A stretch of DNA of 64,000 bases, taken from the NCBI RefSeq assembly GCF_009914755.1, contig NC_060938.1, one strand, 5' to 3'. Position 1 is the stretch's first letter; each line of letters starts with the position of its first letter. This stretch comes from the human T2T-CHM13v2.0 reference genome, Homo sapiens. The notes beneath the pieces were generated by a model. The model made no database searches, was not told the origin of the DNA, and saw nothing but the letters and a program-made list of their open reading frames with translations. This document shows, piece by piece, positions 55,472 to 64,000 of this stretch. A program made the position numbers and the translations under genes.

Positions 55472-56695
55472 GTCAACAGATTCAGAATGAGAATGGACGT
55501 TTGGTTTTTTTTTGTTTTTGTTTTTGTTTTTTCCTTTATAAGGTTGTCTGTTTTTTTTTTTTTAAATAATTGCATCAGTTCATTGACCTCATCATTAATA
55601 AGTGAAGAATACATCAGAAAATAAAATATTCACTCTCCATTAGAAAATTTTGTAAAACAATGCCATGAACAAATTCTTTAGTACTCAATGTTTCTGGACA
55701 TTCTCTTTGATAACAAAAAATAAATTTTAAAAAGGAATTTTGTAAAGTTTCTAGAATTTTATATCATTGGATGATATGTTGATCAGCCTTATGTGGAAGA
55801 ACTGTGATAAAAAGAGGAGCTTTTTAGTTTTTCAGCTTATTTACTTTGTTTTTTTTCCTGTTTCTGATATAGTAACTAATTCTTAACTCAGAGACATTGG
55901 TCCATTTTAATACTGAAAACCAATTTTCATTGGTACACATTACAAAATTGCTAAGAACACTGTTTGGGAGCTTTCATTCTCATATTTTGGACATTGTTTT
56001 AATTGAGTGAAATAATCATAACTCCTTGCTCCCAGAGAAGCTATCACCTCCATTTCTAAAACCATTTCAGGTTTGTTTGGTAGTCTTTCTTAATGTATTT
56101 ATTATCGCTTTTTGTGAGTAGGGTCCTGTTTTATCCAGGAACCAATTTCTGCCCTAGCCTATCATGCCCTGCTTTTGAGAGTACCAGGTATCTTTGGGAT
56201 TGGGAAGCTGGCTGTTTCAGAAGTATATGTCTCATAGTGTGCAGAACTTGGTGACCAAGTGAGAAGCGGGACCAATGGGAGACTCACAATGGACTGAGTC
56301 TTGGGATTATCTTTTCCAAATTCTTCCATGTTAGAATCACTTCAGAAAATAAGACTTTGATGCTTTGTCTCTGAGCATCATTTTTCTCCTCATAAAAACA
56401 CTTCCTTATTGTATGTAGCCTGCCTCCTACAGAGGCCTGGTAGGTGTTACTGCATTCTAAAAGAAAAATGTCATCTCTGTAGGAGCGACTATCAGGCCTA
56501 GTGTGAAATATTAGGGATCCTAGGCAGAAGAGCTATTAGTCCTGGCCTTCATATCTTCACCAAATGAAAATACTGTATATAAAATTTCACCACCAAACTT
56601 AACTAAATTCTTTTTCTCAAGTCAAGCCTCCCAAAGAAAAAAGAAATTAACTTCCTACAGTGTCAGCAAGCAATTTTCCATTTAGTTTTGGTACA

Positions 56696-56701
56696 AATAA
56701 A
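56696..56701 (+). terminator. Probable distal polyadenylation signal of FUT8
   Basis: AATAAA followed by candidate CA cleavage sites and a T/GT-rich downstream stretch (taattttgattatgagttatttt). It is the last hexamer before repeat DNA resumes. Confidence 0.7.
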
Positions 56702-56949
56702 AGTCATTTGAAACAATCTCCAACTGAGCGGAGGTAATTTTGATTATGAGTTATTTTGCAACTCGCATCTCACATGTCATTGGAACATCAGTAACTGTGG
56801 ATCTGATTTGTGCCCTTATAGAAGATCCAAAGGTAAATTAAGTTAGTCTCTTTTCCTTCTAAATTGACCGAGTTCCAGGGGTGAAAGGACCAAAGAACAG
56901 AGATACGAAGGAAATAAATTAAGGAGTATTTCCCAAAGGGAGTCTTCAA

Positions 56950-58055
56950 CTGAAGAGTTAATTTTTGACATTTTATCATTTGGTTCTAGAATTTCTCCCT
57001 AATTCTTTATATTTCTCTACTGAGATTTTTTTATTCACTACATGCATGTTTTCATTGAACATAACTATGTAGTGAATAAAACTATGAACCTTGAACATAA
57101 CAGATGAACATAACTATGAACATAACTGAACAAAACATTGAACATAACTATATAGTGAATAAAAAAATTATTTGTTCTCAGTAGAGAACACATAAATAAA
57201 AAAATTATGTGTTCTCAGTAGAGAACACATAACTATGTTCAATGAGTTTAAATTATGCTTTAAAATTCTTTTCTGGTAAATTTGACATCTGGATAATCTT
57301 AGAATTGGTCTCCATTGTTCCTCTTTACAGAATGGTCAGATTTTGGGGGGAGGTCCCTCATATATTGAGTGATTTAGATTGTGTCCTGAACATTGTAATG
57401 TTTATGTTGTAGATTCTGTTATATTGCTCTGAAAAGTGCTGTGATATATACATATACACACATAAATATACATATACACAAAAATATATATATACAACAT
57501 TTGTGTATTACATTTGTGTGTATATATAGACACACAAATATATATATACAAATATATACACACACAAATATATATATATTGTGTATGTGTGTGTGTATAT
57601 ATATATATTGCTTGTGTTAGCAGGCATTTAACTTTATTGGACTCAAACTGTAAACTCTCTTGGGCAGCAGCTGAAAATCTCAATTCAGTTAGCTGGAGTC
57701 TATGCTGCACATAGTTCAGGGCTTAGCCAGAGAGATGGATAGAATTTATGCACAGAATTTGTGGTGCTTTTTCTTTGGCTCTCTTTCTTCTGAGATTTCC
57801 CCCCTCATTTTCCAGCAGCTGTGGTTGCTCTGATTCTTAGACCAGAAAAACTGCAGTTTTCTTTCAGCCCAAAAGCTGTACAATGGGAAACTCACCTTGT
57901 GCCATTCCCTTCTTTAAAATTTCAATCTCTTTTCAGAACTTGCCTGTTTTTATTGTCTCCTACCCTCATGTATTTTTTGTATTTTTTTGAGAGTTTATGG
58001 TTGTTATTCGTTGGAATATTGGTTCAGTGGGTGCTTACTCCACCATTAACTTAAA
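56950..58055 (-). mobile_element. Old L1M fragment interrupted by a rearranged AT-rich tract and a TA/CA microsatellite (~57443-57608)
   Basis: L1M-like antisense phrases (tttgacatctggataatcttagaattggtctccattg; gattgtgtcctgaacattgtaatgtt; ctcaccttgtgccattcccttc). Subfamily uncertain. Confidence 0.55.
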
Positions 58056-59577
58056 ATGAAAAAACAGCAGGGGAGAGGACAGGTTTAGTCTTGTGAAACC
58101 CCTGTTGAGACTTTGGCCTCAATAGCCAAGTAGCCAGTAGCCTTACGTAAGAAGATGAAGAAGTAACCAAACTGTTAAACCTGCTCTTGTGAAGGGCTAA
58201 TGAATACTGTTGACCACATCTTTCTAAATCGCCTTTGTAATCATCACGTACATGATGGTGATTCATTCAATACATGTTGCCGTGTTGAGAAGGCTGACAT
58301 TTTTCTTACCACTATTGTAATTTCTCCATAAAGCCCTGGTACTTAAAAAATCCTGCATGATTTTGAATTGAGTGGCCAGTGCTAGGTTAGGATTTGGGTC
58401 TTTTCCTTGTTGAAAGACCTATTTCTGAGAGACTTGCCTGGAATTAAATTATTATCGTGGGCTCATTGAATGTGGGTAACAAAATCCTGCTTATTAATGA
58501 CAAAGCAATTACGAAAGATCTCACCAAGGCTTTCCTAGTTCTTCCACTCAAGTCTGATTTAGTGCTCAGCTGGGCGCTTAACGAATTCATGCCTGTTGTG
58601 AAAGCCCTAATCCAGGATTTCATTGTACCTAAATGAGTAAGAGACTAGTTCCTTTTCTGTTCAAGCTTTAGGTTTTTGTTGTTGTTGTTATATAGAGGCA
58701 ATCCTGTTTACTGGGTTCCCTCTTTGTAAAGTTGAGAAGATGAACAGCCCCAGCTTCTAAGGGAGTTGAGAGTTAAAAGAGAAAAAAAAGCACATTTTAA
58801 AAGCTACCTCATACAATGATTATTGTCATTATTATTTGGTTCTGAGAGGATACAGTCACTGTATATTCGGTGAGCAGGAAAAGTGTTGGGGTCTAAACGG
58901 TGCATCTAGAAGAGTCTCTTCTGCCTCAGTGAGAGCAAATCTCTCAGGGGAAAAAGACAAGTCTCCTTTGGCCATAGCCAATTGCCCGATACTTCATTTA
59001 TGCTCTCAGGAGACTGTGCATTAGGTTCCATAGACCTGCACAGAATAGACATGTGGCTTGAGGATTGGTGAAATTGACAACTTGGCTACAATACCCTAAT
59101 TTATGTCAGATACAGACTGTATGGAATTTTTAAAGTGTGCTGCTCAGAAAGGAGCACAAAAAATTTGCCTCTATACTTACTGGTTCCTAGCACCAGTCTC
59201 TCTCATGGACACATGGAAGAGCTGTTCCAGGATCACAGGCCTTGGAAAGTTTGGGCTTTGAGTTCCTGGCTAGTCTTACCTCCCTATTAATTTGCATAAG
59301 AATTTCTGGCCCAGTAAGGAGATAGAACATAGTGAGTGCAGGGACAGAAGACCTAGTTTTCAGTTTTGTTTTTCCTCCTCATAGTGCCTACAAGCACGTA
59401 ATATCCCTGTATTTCGGGTTCTTTAGGGAAAAAGCAACAGTTCTCATTGAAGATCACTGACTGAAATTCAGAATATCTGGCTTCTGATTTTGATATTGTC
59501 ATTAAATGGGGACAGGCCAAACGGTTTTCTCAGAACTTTGTTTTCTTCATAAGTGAAATGAATTGGTTGGATTTATT

Positions 59578-59843
59578 CAGGGTTTGCAAATTTGGTTGAC
59601 TGGTTCAGTTTCACATGTCTCAAGGAAGTAGCTTCTACTCAGCCTCAGCTGATTGTTGTTCTAAGGACATAATGTGGACAGATATTTCTGTTTTTCCAGA
59701 CAAGCAAAATGTGGATCTTTCTGTGCAAGATCTTCAGATTTTGAAGTATCAGCAACTAATTAAAAAATATGTAAAACACTAAGGAGTCCAAATAAATATC
59801 TGTGGCTCCTTTGGGCCCATGGCCCATTAGTTTATAACCTCTG
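59578..59843 (-). mobile_element. MER102-like hAT transposon
   Basis: Termini cagggtttgcaaa...tttataacctctg; internal ctactcagcctcagctgattgttg and gcaactaattaaaaaat. Confidence 0.6.
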
Positions 59844-59888
59844 GACTAGATTGGGAAAGCTCTTTTCTAACTTCAAGATTATATCTCT

Positions 59889-60655
59889 AGCTAAAAGTAG
59901 ATCTACCATTCGATCCAGCAATCCCACTACTGGGTATCTGCCCAAAGGAAAAGAAGTCATTATATGAAAAACACACTTGTACACGTACGTTTATAGCAGT
60001 TCACAATTGCAAAGATGTGGAACCAACTTAAGTGCCCATCGACTAATGAGTGGATAAAGAAATTGTGGTATGTATACACCATGGAATATTACTTAGCCAT
60101 TAAAAAGAACAAAATAATGTCTTTTGCAGCAACTTGGATGGAGCTGGAGGCCATTATTCTAAGTGAAGTAACACAGGAGTGGAAAACCAAAAACGATATA
60201 GTCTCACTTAATAGTGGGAGCTAAGTTATTCCCCTACATTGAAAGTTATTCCCCTACGGGGAATAACTTTCATCTCCTGATTCTTCAAGTTGTCGATTAG
60301 TACGGAAGGGCATACAGAGTGATATAATGGACTTTAGAGACTCAGAAAGAGGAGGGTGGGAGGGGAGTTGGGATAAAAAACTGCATATTAGGTACAATGT
60401 ACACTACTTTGGTGATGAATCCACTAAAATCTCAGAATTCACCACTATATAATTCATCCATGTAACAATAAACCACTGGACCCTAAAAGCTATTGAGATA
60501 AAAATTAAAGCAAATTGATATGTGCGGTAAATATAAATTATGCATCAGGTTGGTTAGTATAAAAGTATAAAGAAAAAATGTAAAGTATATTTTGGGTACA
60601 TTGGGTTAAATAACATTATTAAAATTACCCATTAAAATTTTTTTTAAATAAAACT
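59889..60655 (+). mobile_element. 5'-truncated L1PB-type element with an internal fold-back insert and a probable 3' transduction
   Basis: ORF2 C-terminus WNQLKCPSTNEWIKKLWYVYTMEYY...ATWMELEAIILSE; L1PB-type 3'UTR to ~60509. 14-bp TSD aagattatatctct at 59875-88 and 60656-69. Confidence 0.88.
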
Positions 60656-61674
60656 AAGATTATATCTCTGGAAAGGATTGGTAAGAGGGTAACAGCTGCA
60701 TAATGCTTTCAAGTTCAGATGCTGCACGTGTCCCAATTCCTCAGAAATACCTGCTTAGCTGGCTGTCATCCTGGGCTCAGAATAGCCCATTCGTAGCATA
60801 TTCATAGCATATTCATGACAATATGCTATGAAGCTCGTAGGCTGGGCCCCTCAGACTTGGCCTTGAAGACCTCAAGTATGTAACAAGGGTTAGATAACTT
60901 CTAAGTTCTCTTCCAGCCCTAAATTTCTAAGAAGGTCATGGTAGAGCCTGAGATTGTAACAAGGTCATATGTGGTACCAGGGTGCACCTGCCTGGGTTAG
61001 GAACCTGGGTGGCTGGATCTGGTTGCAAGAGGAACAAGGGTCATTTTGTTAGAGCAGCTGACTATGTCTTTGCCTAGACCTCTGTTAAAATAGAGTAACT
61101 TAATTCCTGACTTAATTAACAGGCTGTTCAAACTCACCTGTTTATATTTAGAAACTCCTTTTGTTGTTGTTTTCTTTCCCACCTTTTGTTTCCTGGTAAA
61201 GTTTCATTCATAGAATCACAGCTTTGTTTCAGCTAAACTAAGAGAATAGGGATTTGTGGGCATAAAAGCCCAGAGAAATGAGGTGTCAGTGTCTCCTTGG
61301 AGGCCAAAGAGTGGAGATGATAACCCACTCTGGCTCAGGTCGGACTTCCCATACCGTTCAGGAAATCAAAAGAAGTGTGAATGAGTACCCACCATGATGA
61401 GTCCCATCTAGTCTATTTCATTATTTTTTAAGTGATATTCAAAAACACTGGAATTTGTTCGCAAACATACTGCACAATTGATTGCCACATAGTGGCAGGT
61501 CACACCACCAAGAATGAGAACATCTTACAGGTAAAGTTTAAAGAACAAGGGGTTTGAAATCGGCTCTAATTTCAAGTTCTGGCTTCACACCTTTTGAGCA
61601 TCAACAGGTTCTAACAAGTTATGCTCTTTCCAGAAACTCCTGTTGGTAATTCAGATGACCAGAATTCTCTAAGT

Positions 61675-61879
61675 CAGTCATTGGGAAGCTGTGCCCACTG
61701 CTTGTTTTTGTAAGTTTTATTGAAACATAACCACACCCATTCACTTATATATTGACTGTGGCCACTTTGGGGGCTACAACAGCACACTTGAGTAGTTACC
61801 ACAAAGCCTAAATGTATGGCCTACAAAGCCTAAAATATTTACTATCTGGCCTTTTGCAAAAGATGTTTAGTGACCCCTG
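61675..61879 (+). mobile_element. MER58A (hAT-Charlie)
   Basis: gttttattgaaacata...aaagcctaaaatatttactatctggcc...gacccctg with 8-bp TSD ctctaagt/ctataagt. Confidence 0.85.
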
Positions 61880-62599
61880 CTATAAGTAGTCCTGTCTTTT
61901 AGATTCAAATTGATAATCCAAAAAGGCCCAACGTCACAAAACACTGACAGTCATCAGAGAAAAATTTGATAGTGGTGGTAGTATATTAGGGCCTCTGCTA
62001 ATCTGTATGGTGCGTTTGTGAAAATTGGATAAAGATGCTCCTAAGACAGTTGTTGTAATCTATTGATTTTTAACAAAATCAATAAAACTTACTGCCATCC
62101 ACCAGAAAATTGCTCAATAAATATACAAACCATCAACATCTACAATATGAATTGCACTCCCTGTGCAACCACATGTAGGAGTTTCACTACTGTAGTGTGA
62201 TCTGGTAAAAAGAACACTAATTTTTTTAGACTTAAGTTCTGCTTCCGGCTCTGAAACTGACCTGCTGATACCTTGAGCAAACTACATAATGTGCCTAGGC
62301 CTCAGTTTTTCTTACCTTTAAAATGGAGGTAGCTTCTAGTTGTTGTTTTGGGAAATAACAGGCATAAAATTGCTTTGTAAAGTCTATCAGCTCTGCAAAA
62401 GAAATCTCCAATCATGTTTTGGAAAATTTCTGTAGTTCTGGAACTATAATAGGTCCTGAAGAGAATGAAATCAGTTTAAGGAGCTTACAGTCTAACTAGA
62501 AAGTTGTGCACATATGAACTGCACTAGAAAGTTAGAATCTAACATAAAAAGTTACACACATTTTAACTAATTGGAGCACTAGTCATACTGCTTCGCACT

Positions 62600-62870
62600 T
62601 ACTGACCTACTTTGTGTCATACCTACTAAGCAATTAACAGGTGCTATCTCATGTATAATCTTCACACCAACCCTATCAGGTAGATATTATCCCCATCTTA
62701 CAGATATGGAAAAAATAATAGCTGGCATTTATTCATTTACTATGTTCCAGACACTATTCTAAAGTTATTTACATATTTTAATTCATTTCATCTTCACAAT
62801 ACCCTATGAGATATGTACTATTATTCTCATTTTTCAGATGAGGAAATTTGTTCACAGAATTTAAATAAGT
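62600..62870 (-). mobile_element. Tandem MIR remnants
   Basis: attatccccatcttacagat; cttcacaataccctatgag...ctattattctcatttttcagatgaggaaa. Confidence 0.7.
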
Positions 62871-64000
62871 GCTTTCCCAACTTTTTTACATAGAAAATTC
62901 TATTTATTTGGCATTCTGGGATAAATGAGGGGATTTGGGAAATAGAGCTCAGTGAAAAATTCAGTACACCTCTATTGATAATTTGAGACGATTTAGTAGA
63001 GCATCAGGAAAGGTGTATGTGATGTGGTCACCTCAGGTTGCTCTCTGCCAATGGGTACTAAGTGTAAAGTATACAAAATAACAGTATATTCAAGCCTCAG
63101 GGAGTCACACAAATAGTGTTTCAATGTAATCTCAACCAGTGTAATGTTGAAGAGTTATGACAATTGCTTTAAATATTGTATCATTATAAAAAATTTACAA
63201 CCAACTGCATTTTATGGTACACCTTCAACCTATTTGTTATTGGGAAGCTATGGGTTAAATTACAAGGCAAATTCAGGACTATGTGTCTCTGAAGTCTGTT
63301 CTTCCAGCCTGTAAACAGTCTTGCCCTTCTGCAGTGAAAAGCCAAACTGCATGACCCAGACTCCATTTATCCTTACAGTACTGATTCTTTGAAGTTTGAT
63401 CATCCAGACTCACTTTAAGGGTAACTTTTTTGTTAACCATGGTCTTTAATCTTGTCCCCTTACCCCATTCTCAATCAGTTTTGAATCTAGCATCTCATAC
63501 TTCTTTCTACTCACTCTCTACCCATATCCACAACAGGAAATAGGTGGGCAGGTGGGCCAAGTGAAAATTCTTTGAATTGATAGCAGACTGCCCCTGGGCT
63601 CTGGAGTCGTCTGCTTGGTCACACTCTCCCTGTGGACTTCTGCTTATCTGCATCCACTGGAAGGTGAGCCCTGAAAGAGTGTCTATTCCCAGCTCAGCCA
63701 GTTGTGTTTACACAGAGACACTAAATTATAGTAAGTGGCTACTTAAGCTATCATTTTCCCAGCCCCTAAGTGCAGGAGGAAATCCATGTGTGATTCTATG
63801 CACCTTCTGTGCTTAACAAGATACATCTCAGAGCAGAAACAGTTTCCCTGTCTGTGCTTCAGAGAACCCACTGTCTCATGCAGGTTAATATTCTGTGGCT
63901 GAATTTGACACTGGAATTATTGATGTACATGAGAGCACAGTGTTCTAATATGAAGTCTGGTATTGCTTGTGTTTTACCCAATTATGGCTTGTCTAATTCC

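Larger units (their letters stand above)
55006..56720 (+). other. FUT8: FUT8 3' UTR (end approximate; tandem poly(A) signals)
   Basis: Unique, repeat-free sequence after the stop. AATAAA at 55620-25, 55719-24 and 56696-701; GATAAA at 55806-11 followed by a U-rich tract. Repeats resume at ~56950. Confidence 0.8.

Noticed and set aside
57402-57714. ORFs rich in Y/I/C/V/T/H
   Set aside because: Translation of a TA/CA/TG microsatellite.

Overview
Primate, almost certainly human, genomic DNA. It carries the 3' part of FUT8 (alpha-1,6-fucosyltransferase) on the + strand. The last four coding exons are 34383-34629, 36754-36930, 45828-45978 and 54688-55005; they splice in frame to give the C-terminal 297 aa (GT-B catalytic motifs and SH3 domain). 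A ~1.7 kb 3'UTR follows, with a distal AATAAA at 56696, then ~7 kb of downstream DNA. Positions 1-34382 are one long, transposon-dense intron: two antisense ancient L1s act as landing pads for nested Alus, MaLR LTRs, an L1PA fragment and two SVAs. Almost all other ORFs in the track are repeat artefacts. I find no evidence for a new gene or a new multi-gene system. The most unusual observations are mechanistic scars. (1) An SVA_A-type element truncated at both ends carries two poly(A) tails and a 34-nt 3' transduction with its own AATAAA. (2) An L1PB-type element appears to carry a ~145-nt 3' transduction inside a 14-bp TSD. (3) A 58-nt TSD-flanked micro-retroinsertion of unknown source brings a strong 5' splice site. 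(4) A 92%-identical inverted local copy sits inside an old L1. (5) Three 'direct repeat + fold-back hairpin' micro-rearrangements cluster within 4.2 kb downstream of the FUT8 poly(A) signal. Repeat subfamily names and FUT8 residue numbers come from my recall of consensus sequences, not from a search.
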